51,349 nt of DNA, filler included, from Sphacelaria rigidula (GCA_964200075.2; 4 parts of 4 records of this genome joined end to end with filler, not necessarily neighbours in it); one strand, 5' to 3'; shown: positions 9,117 to 20,379, counted from the whole stretch's first letter. Notes: a model not told the origin generated them from the letters alone. A program made the numbers and translations.

Positions 9117-11190
9117 TTTGCCGCACATTCAGCTCGACCTCTCGAAACCGTAGTTACAGACGCCCTGAAGTACTTGAATCGAGTGTACCCAAGCCCCGCC
9201 CCAGCACGCACAGCTTTTACTGGGATGACGAATGAAAGATGGTGGACGCGTGCGGAGAGGGTAGGGAGGCATGTACACGAATTGGACCCCACCTACTGGA
9301 ACGCGTCGGTATTATCTCAAGCGCGTAGTGAACGACACAGCTTTGCTCCCGATGTCATGATTTGTTCAACTCAAATACTTGTTTTGGCTATGACGGCCCG
9401 ATCCCGTGGTGGGAAAAACGCAAAATCGGAAAGATTGAAAAAAGCGTCATTGGATCAAAACGATGCCCCTTGCTTCCCACTATGGAAGAATATAATGCAC
9501 GAGAAGTTAACAATTGGAACAATCGGGAAGTAAACCGGGCGTGAAGTGCTGTCGTTCAGAACGGCCTACGGAATAAGGGTTGGACCTGTGCTTTACGTGG
9601 ATTGTATATGGGTGCAAAAAATTCAAATACAGCTGGGGTGTTTTCAGATGAACCCCCATCTTGATTGTGTTTCCATAATTGCGCGCTAATTCAATAGGCT
9701 TGACCACGTATCACAGTGCCGTAACGGCTGCTGACTAGTCTCCGTTCCCTAGCATACGGTACACACCTGCTGTCCGCCGACTTTTTCAAGTCCTGAGGAA
9801 GGAGACCCTCTGCCAAAAGTTCTCTTTCGCCTGCGACGGAAGTATACACCACACGTTTCACGTGCACCACGAAAGATGCGGAAAACGAATGGGTAGAGCT
9901 GTGCACACTAGTTAATAGTTGCAAACTAGACAAGCCACACAATACCGCGCGAGACAGATTAGAGCACCAAGATTATGGGCACGGATGGTGTTCCCAGTAC
10001 ATTCAAAGGCAAGAACTCCAGTACACCCAGCAAGAACTCACAAGCAAATTCCAAGCGCATGTCACCACAAAGTAGGCTACCCACAATATTCTCAACTGGG
10101 CACTCCACGAGCGCTATCAACAATACCCAAGCTTACGACACGCGAGTCCGGCCTACGCGAGCACATCACCAGAAAAAGAACTGACTTACCTCGGAGCTCA
10201 CCCCTGAAATACACGAACCCTAACCGGACCGTGGTACTGCAGTACCAATCTTCAAAGATCGTTCAAACCCTGCTGAAACACGTGGTCGATCCTCCGCCCC
10301 CTCAATTACCCACCAAAACTTCTAGTGTGCAATCGAGAAACTCTGCGTTCTCCTCGTGTCGACTGGCCCTCCAATGTTCGACCTCACCCCACTGAGGCGC
10401 CCCCGCGTCAAGTGCTTGTATGGCGGCATTGTCGCTGACACCAATGTCCACCACACGCTCCGTGTGCGAATGACGTGGAATCACCAGTACCTCACACACA
10501 CACACGGAGAGTACGTGTCGCATTCCCCGATATTTACCCCATGATTAGCAGGGCACCGGCGGCAACTACGAGAGCTATGCCACTCGCGAGCTGGGCTTGC
10601 CGCCGGAGCAAGTTATGGGGCTGAACATACCCTTGGTTGGGGAGGGAGCTCAGCATGTCGGACGAGTGCATACACATGCTGTGTGGCAAGCCGTTGCTCC
10701 TCGGTCACAGGTTCCAGGGTTAACGTTCCCCTGTTGCTTTCACCTCCCGACTTCCCGATCGCGACGTACCATCGACGGCAGAATAGTTCGATTGTCTTTG
10801 TGTACGACGCGACCTGGAAACTCGTGGCCATTCTTGAGAAACCTTGGCAAGCGCTCTGGAGGAGGGGGGTGTACTGCCCTTGCCTTTAGTCAGGATTGGC
10901 ACCCAACGTCAGCATTGACACTTCACGGAGCGCCCGCGTGCCCGATTCTACGGGCTCAGACAGTAGCCTTAGCAGCACATCCCCGTCCTCCAGAGCGCTC
11001 CCCAGCTGTATATCGAGAATGGCCACGAGTTTGCAGGCCGTGTTGTACACGAAGGCAATCGGACGATACTGCAGTCGAAGGTAGGGCGCGAACCGGAAGT
11101 CGGGTGGAAGCAACGGGGAGGGAATTAACCTTGGAAAAAACGTCCACGGTGCGGTGTGACGACAGCGCCCGCACATGTGGAGGGCGATGG
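8660..11190 (-). pseudogene. Disrupted KDZ (Kyakuja-Dileera-Zisupton / HMGXB3-like) transposase remnant
   Basis: Minus-strand peptides appear in the order expected for KDZ: CRH (~11160); PIAFVYNTACKLVA (~11060-11020, YDxAC-like); LPELCADGNG...HP (~8965-8870); DEPHKANH...C...GVGLNCHEQDNS...LRNM (~8830-8680). The region has frameshifts and insertions. Confidence 0.45.
9005..9160 (-). repeat. (TAG)n microsatellite adjoining a dispersed repeat end (probable retroelement 3' end with tail)
   Basis: The (TAG/TGG/CAG)n tract at 9005-9116 is followed by CCGCACATTCAGCTCGACCTCTCGAAACCGT. That sequence also occurs at 22392-22421 next to a (CAT)n tract. Confidence 0.65.
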
Positions 11191-11750
11191 TGTCAACTGG
11201 AACGATTTCGAGACAGCAAGTTGTGTAATAGTGACAGCCTATCCAGCAGTCTGAAACACGTGCGTGATTGGAGGAGGGATATAGACGAAGGCTTTACGGA
11301 CACCATGAGAATTGTAGAGGAGCTATCTCCTCGGCATCCATGATACAGCCGAGACTTTTCAGCTTGACCACGAAAAAACAAGCTAAGTTTGGGAGCACAC
11401 ACCCTGACGATATCAGGGTGCCCACGACACTGCGAGTTGCGTCAAGAAGTTTTTGCTTTCCGTGTGGATGAAAAAAAACGTACGGGCAACTACGCTGTAG
11501 GGCATACATACTCACGAGTATACGAATAAACGCAACCGAGTTTTAAACTGGTGGACGCCTTTTTTTATGCCTCTGCAAAATTCTAAGCATATATGGGTTT
11601 GGTAACATGTCGTCTTTCTAAACGTCGTCGATGTGTACACAACAAAGGCGTTCATGCTCCAAGGATACTTGCGATTACAAGAAGATAGCATGTTTGGTTT
11701 TGCAACCATGGCACATCATATCAACTGCACTTTTTTTTTTACGGTCAAAT

Positions 11751-12119
11751 GTCGCCCCCGGTGGCTCAGTCGGTAACCTCGAAACCTTGTAACAGTCGGG
11801 TCGTGGGTTCGAATCTCGGAGCGATGTAGGATTTTTTCTCACGCCATGCTCAACAGTGAGGAGCGACTATGTCGTGGGTCCACAAAATACGACTCAATGG
11901 TCGACGAGGAGAGGGGCTTCCTGGACTCCTCTCGCGATGAAAAATAAAGGTAAGCACCGCAGAAGGAAGGTGAAAAATTGAAACAACTAGAAAAGATAGA
12001 ACATCTGTGTTGACGTTCCTCCTGTGTGACCCCGACTGATGCGCCCACATATACCGGAAGGTGTAGACCGGCGTCCAGAATAAATGGGATACCACACACA
12101 CACACACACACACACACAC
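11751..12119 (+). mobile_element. tRNA-derived SINE with (CA)n tail
   Basis: Pol III A box TGGCTCAGTCGG (11762-11773), B box GGTTCGAATCT (11806-11816) and a TTGTAA anticodon-like loop. The acceptor stem does not close. The unique body is shared with 6536-6828 and, inverted, with 12910-12966. Ends in AATAAA...(CA)n. Confidence 0.8.
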
Positions 12120-12765
12120 CGCACTCGAAGTTGTTGTCCTCTGACTGTCAAGAATGCGCTTCGGGTCTGCGCACGACAGTGTGAACATTTGCGTTGCGGA
12201 ATGATTTTTCTATACGATATAACGTTTTCCGCGGTATAGATTCCCAGATCTGCGACCTACAGTCGAAGCGATCACCATGCTGCACCTGAGTGAGTAGGTG
12301 TGTTGTATCGCAGTGACAAACGCTCGACGTTCAGCGGACAAAGGACGGAAACAATGTCAATGTTACATGAATGCTACACCCATCTTACGCGTCGCCGTGC
12401 CCGTGTTGTCAAACGGGGTATCATACTGTATCGCATCGGTCGATGCACGACAAGTTAATTGCAAGTGAGGTATATATCGTAGGATGTGAAATATTAATAG
12501 GGAGCAACACCATGACATATTTTCGGCGAGAGAAACAAAAAACGAAAAGCGAGTCAACTGTTCCCACGATGTTCCAGCGCCGTGAACAAAAGCATTGACC
12601 ATTGCGCATCCTACAGCCGCCGAAGATCACAAGCCATTATACGTACAATGTCGGGAGGGAGGCGGGTCTCCGCGCCCCCCTCCCCCCCCCCCCGCAACTC
12701 GTTGGAGGCTGTCATCCAAATGCAAGATAATCAGTAGGCTTCGAGCCGCACAATCTTAGCAGGAT

Positions 12766-12865
12766 NNNNNNNNNNNNNNNNNNNNNNNNNNNNNNNNNNN
12801 NNNNNNNNNTTAATTAATTAANNNNNNNNNNNNNNNNNNNNNNNNNNNNNNNNNNNNNNNNNNNN
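12766..12865. other. Artificial contig spacer (N44-TTAATTAATTAA-N44)
   Basis: 100-bp N run with a six-frame stop linker at 12810-12821. Confidence 0.97.
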
Positions 12866-13034
12866 TTGCCTTTTTATTTTAACGCGAGAGGGATTCAGCA
12901 ATCCCTTTCCCTCGTCGACCGTTTAGTCGAATTTTGTGTACCCACGACATAGTCGGTCTCCACTGTACTGTAACTGAATATCTTGTGTGAAATCTACGAT
13001 GATGATAAGGATCTACGAAGTAGTGACCCACTTG

Positions 13035-14530
13035 ACACGTGGTGTTTTGACTGGGTACACGTATAAGGGTGTTCCACCGTTTTTGGCATGTTGGAGGACG
13101 TACGTGTACACGTGATGAGGGTGAAGCTGGGCGCACTGCTTCCCCACCCCCTCTCACTCTCTCCATAACTATCCCAGCTAACAGCACTGATCAACTCTCT
13201 ACTTTCTCTACTGCTAATAAACTAACTGATGATCAACTCTCTACGGTACGGGTGCACAAATCAAGGAACATACTAGCATACCCAACCGGTTAGGTTCACC
13301 ACAAGAAGACATGGCCTCATGTAGGAATGCTGAGCAGCAGTCGTCCGACAGCACATCTGAACGTGGGGTTGAGACTACTTTTGCGGACCGCATCTCAAGA
13401 CTGTGTCCGCCCCCAACGAACTACTCACGTTTGGGGCCCGTGCCCCACGATGTATCCGTGTGGACCATGTCCACCTTTATCGTAGACTCGAAGGTCGGCT
13501 GTATTCAACCTCCCCCGTGACTGGCGGTTGTTGTGTTGCAGCTGTGGTGGCCCTATCCCACCCTGGGCCGCTGCTGTCGATGACGCCACCTGCCCGCGCG
13601 TCCCCGGCCTCTCCTCCGCCGTGCTGGTGTATTGAACGTTGGCCAGTTGTTGCGTGAGTTGTTCAAGCAACTGGCCGAACGAAACCATCGTGGTCTCTAG
13701 TCTTGAGACGCGGCCCGCAGAAGTAGTCTCAACCCCACGTTAAAATGCGTTATCGGACGACTGCTGCTCAGCATTCCTAGGTGAGGTCATGCCTTCTTCC
13801 GGTGAACCTAACCAATTGAGTATACTAGTATGCTTCTTGGTTCGTGCACCCGTAGAGAGTTGATCGGATATTTTTTTAGCAGTGCTGTTAGCTGGGGTAG
13901 CTGTGGAGAGAAGAAGAGGTTGTGTCCATGATGAGGGGGAGGTACGAGTCCAGTGCTTCCAAGTGACTACTCGGAAGGAAGAGGTCTGCCAGTGATGACG
14001 CCCTAGTCGCGAAGGGGCGGTCGGGCGAAGCCGGCGGCTCGCGCCGCGGTGGAAAGGCCCGGGGGGCAAAATCAGGAAGGTGACGGGGGGGCAAAAGCAG
14101 GAAGGTGACGGGGGGGCAAGGTCGAGAATCTCCAGATGATGGCGATGGCGATGAGACAGGGTCAACAACACCGACGAGCAGTTCGAGCGACTGTCCCCCA
14201 CGGATGCGGTGTCATGTGTGTAGGGATATGGTGACGCAGAGAGCTCGTGACTCTCCACATAGAAGACTCTTGGCGTGGAAAGAAGGGACATAGTGCGGGA
14301 AAATGCAAGACCGACGAAGACGCTAGCACAACGTGTTTTGTTGTGTACACGTGTAAGGGTGCTCCACCGTTTTTGGCATGTTGGAGGGCATACGCGTACA
14401 CGTGATGAGGGTGAAGCTAGGCGCACCGCTTCCCCACTCCCTCTCACTCCTTCCACGGCTTCCCCAGCTAACAGCACTGCTAGTAAACTATCTGATCAAC
14501 TCTCTGCGGGTGCACGAACCAAGGAACACG
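13035..14530. mobile_element. Cluster of three LTR-like repeat copies (13035-13402 +, 13698-13905 -, 14330-14530 +), probably rearranged retrotransposon ends
   Basis: Shared blocks include TCCACCGTTTTTGGCATGTTGGAGG...CCAGCTAACAGCACTG...TAGGAATGCTGAGCAGCAGTCGTCCGA...AACGTGGGGTTGAGACTACTT. The repeats are clear, but the class assignment is an inference. Confidence 0.55.
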
Positions 14531-17109
14531 ACTCGCCTCAATTTTGAGAGTTGGACTTCAAAATTGGTACGGAGAATGAGTAGCACGATTCTGCACAAGT
14601 GCAAAAAAAGTCGGGACGGTATTTTTTTTCTCTTTGGAAATTAATTGAGTTAACGGAATTTTTACTAAAAATTGAAAATTACTGATTTGTTGCCTCCAAG
14701 GCTACTTCTTCTGTGTGAAATAAAACTTGTTGGGAAAAGCATTTCTGGTTTTTCTCCGTCGTTTTCCCCCCGGAAGAGGGCTAGGCGGATGTTGACCCCT
14801 TGGAATGACTTGCTCCACCCGTTGAGAGCGTTCTAGAGCACCTTTGCGTTTCCGTATGTCACAGGTTCGTTTTTCGGCCAAACTTGCATTTTCAATAACC
14901 AAAGATCAAGTTATAAAAAAAATGGCAGTTTTTGGCGTAAATGACAGATACTATCGCATGCATCAAGCCCTCCGTTTTAACCTTCATGAAATGTTTGCAG
15001 CAACGAGATTTTGATTCGGAAACACGAAAGGTGCACTTCAGTCCTCTTAAATGCTGTTACCTACATATAATTCCCTGGGAGCTTCAAAAACTGTGGCATC
15101 GTTTTTCTTTATGCCCTTGGGTAGCCGAGAAAATACCTGCTGTCAGCTTTTGGCAGCCGTGTTGAGGTCATCAAAATAGATCCATTTTGAATTCCATCCA
15201 TTTTTCTTCTCACGCACAAGCACTTTGGCATGTGCACACTACAGTCATAGTCACAATAAATTGTATGGGCTTAAGGAGGGGAAAAACAGCACTGGGCTGG
15301 CTGCTGCTGCGCTCCTTGAAACCCCAACCAAGCTATCTGACAAGACTTATTTGGTCAGCCCTCGACGGCGTGGGCCGCAAATGAAGCACCAAGGAGCCCA
15401 TGATATCTTACGAGAACGCCCTTGCTCGTGGTGGAAGCACATCTCGCTCCAGGCAAAAGGTAGTGGTAGCCTCGGCGGAGTGAAAGACGGTAATAAATTG
15501 ATGGTATCACCCCTCCCCACAGCGCGCGTCGACTGTACACGAAAAGAGCGCCCCGCAGCTCACAGCTTACAGTAGTATTATGCCAGCCCCCATGTGGTCC
15601 ACGCCAGCAGTAACTGTCCCGCCGCCAGAGGTATCTTGTTTTACAAGGCATGCCAAGAAAGTCTCCCCAGCCGTGGGGTCTATACATGGCCCTCACCGTA
15701 ATCTGTACTACAACCCTGGTAGCAAGCTGTGCTTGACTCTTACGGCAACACTCATTACCGCCGATTGGATCTTGTCGCAGTCGCCATTGCTCCCTGGTGT
15801 GTGTGAGAAGGGTACTGGTGACTGATGGGAACATTGCTGTGGTCTTCGACGACGTGTTCTGTAGCGCACAGAGGCACGTCCTGTCCAAAAAGAGAGGCAG
15901 AAATGAAATAATCTTTGCGCTAGCCAGCGCGACAGACAAGACACGGATACGTCAGTCAAGATGCGGCAAGCCAAGCCGATTTTTTTCTCTTGGCCTGTAC
16001 AACCAACCACTTGCCGCTCTTTTGCCGACAAGAGGTCTGTGGCAAACGGTGTATGTGGTAGCCTGATGCCAATCTCTCCAGCGACTGGGATGTCACAGAA
16101 GGGACACGGGCGAGGAACTTCATTTCCACCATTTCTCTTCCGGTGCCATCGTCATCGACACACGTGTACACCAAATGAATCGGGTGCACCCAGGCAGACC
16201 TGCTGAGCTTCTGACACAAATACACTAGCCGAAAATAGTTTTCTAACCCGAACTGTTTTGGCTGATATGTCGAAATTCTAAAAGCAGGTTCAAACTCACC
16301 GCGATGTCGAGCCCCATGTTCGAGGGAACCTTCGTTCAACTCGCAACTGCCCGAGGCCATAGCTGGCAATAGCTTTTGTGGAAGCTGAAAAATATCCATC
16401 GAAGAATCAGCTCCTGTGTGGCCAGTCATATGCTGTATTGTATATTTCGGTGGTCGCGATTCAGATCGTATGCGACCAGCGGTAGACATTGGTGGTGGCG
16501 ATTCGAATCCTGTTGTGACCAACAGTAGATCTTATCACTACTGGCAATATGTATTGGTGGCCGCAGTGCAGATTCTACTGCGCTTAGCAACAAACATTAT
16601 TGGTGGAAGCAATTGAGAGCCTATTACAGCAAATGACATGCCTCGATAGACAACTTGGCGGCTTTGTTGTCACGGCAATGATACATTCTGTCCCTTATCC
16701 CGAATCTATTGTTGTTGCCTACAATGGCTATCGATAGGCAGTGATTCCACTCCATTGTGGCTGACAATGGACATCGGCAGTCACATTTTCGGGGCTACTG
16801 TGGCGGCAATGTTCTTTAACATATAGTCTATTGTCCAGGGAATACGCACGCCTCACTCACACGAACAAGTTCTCTAAGCGCTCTTGTCCGTAAGAAGGAA
16901 AACGCTGAGTACATGCACCACGACAACAACGAAACTCGTAAACTTTCGTCCACACATGTCGCGGATTACTACAACATGCAACCGTTCCGAATTTGTAGAA
17001 TCGTGAGGTCCAATTTTCACAAGTATTAAAATCATATACCCACCGCATGTTCAACTATGGCCTCTCTACCGTACATAAATAGAGTATATACTACATACAT
17101 GGTATATCA

Positions 17110-17549
17110 CAGCCGATCATCGACATTGAGGATGGAGCTTTTCATTGAGGAGGAGAACCCGGGAAATTAAAATTTTCGCATCTACACTAAATCTTCGAAA
17201 TATGGTTCCATTTCTTCACCTACTGGTAGCTATTGACGAGTACTACACGTCATACAAATTGTGATTTTGATAACCGAAATGTTGGGATTTTAGATGAAAG
17301 AGCAATTTTAGGGAATTTCGGCGACCCGATCGTATCACCTAAATTCTCCAGAACTGTTTCTTCATCTAGGATCCCAACATTTTGGTAATCGAAATCCAAA
17401 TTTGTATGGCGTGTAAGAATTGTCAATAGCTACCAGAAAGTGTAGAAATGGAACCATATTTCGAAGATTTAGTGTGGATACGAAGATTTTAATCCTCCGG
17501 GTTCTCCTCCTCAATGAAAAGTTCCATCCTCAATGTCGATGATCAGCTA
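17110..17549. repeat. Near-perfect 440-bp palindrome (foldback MITE or long hairpin RNA)
   Basis: The left arm GATCATCGACATTGAGGATGGAGCTTTTCATTGAGGAGGAGAACCCGG...ACACTAAATCTTCGAAATATGGTTCCATTTCT is the reverse complement of the right arm. The centre is near 17330. Confidence 0.9.
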
Positions 17550-18807
17550 TAACTGTAGGTGTGGCAATAGACGATAGAGAATACCTGTCGATAGGCACTG
17601 TATACCACAGTAGATTCTGGTATGTATCCATTGATAGCCATGGTCGTCAACACATTTTGTGCTCAATTTATCAATAATAGCAATTGCCGCCATCAATAGG
17701 ATTGGTACATAATCTATCAATAGCCATTGTCGTCATCAACAGCTTTGGCGCACAGCCTTTCGATAGCCATTCATTGTTGTCATCAATAGATTCGGAATGC
17801 TATCTATCGATATATTCGGTCGATGGCAATAGCTTTCGGTGTAGGGCCACAATAGACTATTACCCGGGCAATGATGTGGGAAATGAGTCTATCGATAGAC
17901 ATTGCCGACGACAGTAGACAGAGAAACTTGCCGATCAATATCCATTGCCGACGACAACATTGGCGTCTATTTCGGCAGATTCCATTGCTATTCCAATAGA
18001 CGCCGTCTATTGTTCAGGGTGTGAAAATATGGCAAATGCAGGGGGCTTCGTCCAGGACGGCGCGGATGCCTTGACATCTCAACAACATGAATTCCATGAC
18101 GACAGAAGCGACCTTGCAATCGAACAAGCGATCGTGATTTGGAATCAGCCGCGTGTAACGCTCAGTATCCAGGGTTTATGGCGGCCGTGCGGGTACAAGG
18201 CATGCAAGATATCCTCGCCAAGCACTTGGACCAGCTGATGGAGCTTGGTAGATGCTGCGAATAAAAATTATTAATATGGCCCTCAGCCTCGGGTCATGAT
18301 CTCGACGAAAGAGTTAGAGGGTGGAGGTACGGATAGCAAAACAGATGGCCTATATTAACGGGTCAATATAATCATGATGCACGCGCCGCGGATTTCAAGA
18401 GGACCTCGATATCACCTACATGCTGTCAACCTCATGGCGGACGTCCAGGGCCAACACCGATCGTGGAAAAGCAGAGAGAACCGCGTCGAAGAACCAAGAG
18501 GACGTTCTTGATGTATGTATATGGCAGACGTGTGTGTGTGTTGACACGTCTCATTGTGGGTGTCTAACTCCTTGACTTTCCGGACCTCCTTTCCGAACAA
18601 CACCCTGTTTACTCGATGTCGGCAACCCCAGTGCTAAAGCTGAACAGCTCCCCTTCGTTTGCGATTGCCCCTCATGACAGTTTGCCGTGTATTCCGTGGT
18701 TATCAAATACTGATTCATCATGCTGTTACCGAAGCATGTGCTTTCCATTTTCCCCAATGGTCCATATAGTGCTCATCTGAAGTAGCCTGCGCCCAAGAGA
18801 CTAACCA

Positions 18808-19561
18808 TGTGACCGCCAGGGTAGATCGTCCGGGGATGCTGATATTATCGCGAATTCAACTTGAATGCTCAATTGAAAGTTGAAGGTTGACGTTGAGTGT
18901 CAGGGTATCACTTTGCACTCAATATCAGAGTCGGAGCTTCACATAGAATATTCACATTTTTGCCCCAGCCCTCAAGTTAAAGCTCGGCGGTTCAATATCC
19001 AGGTTAAGGCTTCAACTTGAAGCCCCGCTTCTGAAGGTGAAGCCGCAGCACTTAACCTTCATATCCCGAGTGGAACTCGAGTTTCCAAATCGAATCCTCG
19101 ACTCGAAGACCCACCTTTGACTCACAGCTATACTATGAGGGCCAACCTTCAAACTGAAGTTGAAACCTCAACCTGGATGTGAAGCGTCCATGTTGAAGCT
19201 TCAAGTCAATGCTTGTCCTTCAAATTGGAGCATCAACTTCTGCTCGACCTACGAGTCGAACCTCTTATTTAAAGGCTCGCCTTTCAACTCGGCTTGTCAC
19301 GTTGAAAAGTCGAGTGTTCAAGCCGAAAGCCTATAGGCCTCATTCTGAAGATCCTGCTCTCGAATAGAAGGTTGAGGTATTACTGTTGAAGGTCGAAGGT
19401 TGTAAGTCGAAGGTGCCGACTCTCAATTTGACCCTCTGAACTTCAACTCGAACCTCAAGACGAATCGCAGACTCTCAACTTGAAGCCTTAGCTTCAATTC
19501 GTTATAGTGGTGGGTTTCGGACGTCTGAGTTTCACGGTCTGTGAACGCCAGGGTGGATCGT
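18808..19561. repeat. TTCAA/TTGAA/TCGAA-rich degenerate array bracketed by 22-bp direct repeats
   Basis: TGTGACCGCCAGGGTAGATCGT (18808-18829) and TGTGAACGCCAGGGTGGATCGT (19540-19561). The interior is dense in (C)TTCAA(C)/GTTGAAG/CTCGAA motifs, and the track lists no ORF here. Confidence 0.7.
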
Positions 19562-20379
19562 TTGTTGAATCAGCACCACTTTTACTCGAACAATGACGTC
19601 TAGGCTTAAATGACCTATCCTGGTGCTAAAATCAATGAGATGAAAATGATGCCTACATCACCAATGACCTACCCCGGGCGGTCGAAGTGTCAGTACAGAC
19701 TTTGTGAAGGGACACGGGAAAGTCGTCGGCAAGAGGGGTTTAGTTAGGGTACTGGTTACCACCCTCGATCTTCTTCAGTAGGCGGGAGAAATAATGTAAC
19801 TTCTGCCTCACCACAACAGAGTGAAGTGCGACAAAAATCAGCACATCGATGCTGCAGAATGGCCTTGTTTGGGCTACTGCAAATCCTTCGGGAGTGGTCG
19901 CGGCTGCCTAACATCTTTCGGATCTCAAATGGGAGCAACAGCGGTTTGAAAAAGTGGAGCCGCATTGCTGCTCAAGAGCAAGATAGGAGCCGCCGCGCTC
20001 CGGTGGCGCTCCGGTGGTCTACATCGTGCAACTAACGCCGACTAGGTCTAGAATGCGGGGTCGATTTCCCGCAGATGCAATGTCTTTTTGCTCAGGATTA
20101 TCTGATTTCTGTCATTGAGAATGCGAGGACTTGAGTAGTTTTTTTCCCCCCAGTTTCGCGCGGTGCCGGGAGTGGTGATCTCACCCGCTTTACCAAAATA
20201 CCAGACGTGTACCGGGGGAGAGATGGATTGATCCTTTCGGACCGCGGACCGGAAAGGCAAGGGTTCGAAGTGTGGCGGAAAACAAGATTCCCAGCAGCTG
20301 CGTAGTCGTACCTTGCCACGAAAATTCACCGTCCACATCGCAACTGGATCCCAATGGGTAGAGGTTGCAGCAGCTAAGT

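Noticed and set aside
8525..9292. 255-aa ORF with poly-Leu resembling a signal or transmembrane segment
   Set aside because: The poly-Leu comes from the (TAG)n microsatellite. The ORF is a chance fusion of a repeat and the transposase remnant.
11751..11830. Functional tRNA-Thr gene
   Set aside because: The acceptor and anticodon stems do not pair properly, and the sequence continues into a multicopy body with a (CA)n tail, so it is a SINE head.
12810..12821. TTAATTAATTAA as a biological motif
   Set aside because: It is identical and centred in all three N runs, so it is an assembly linker.
18830..19540. CRISPR-like array
   Set aside because: There is no constant-length repeat with unique spacers and no cas genes, and the context is eukaryotic.
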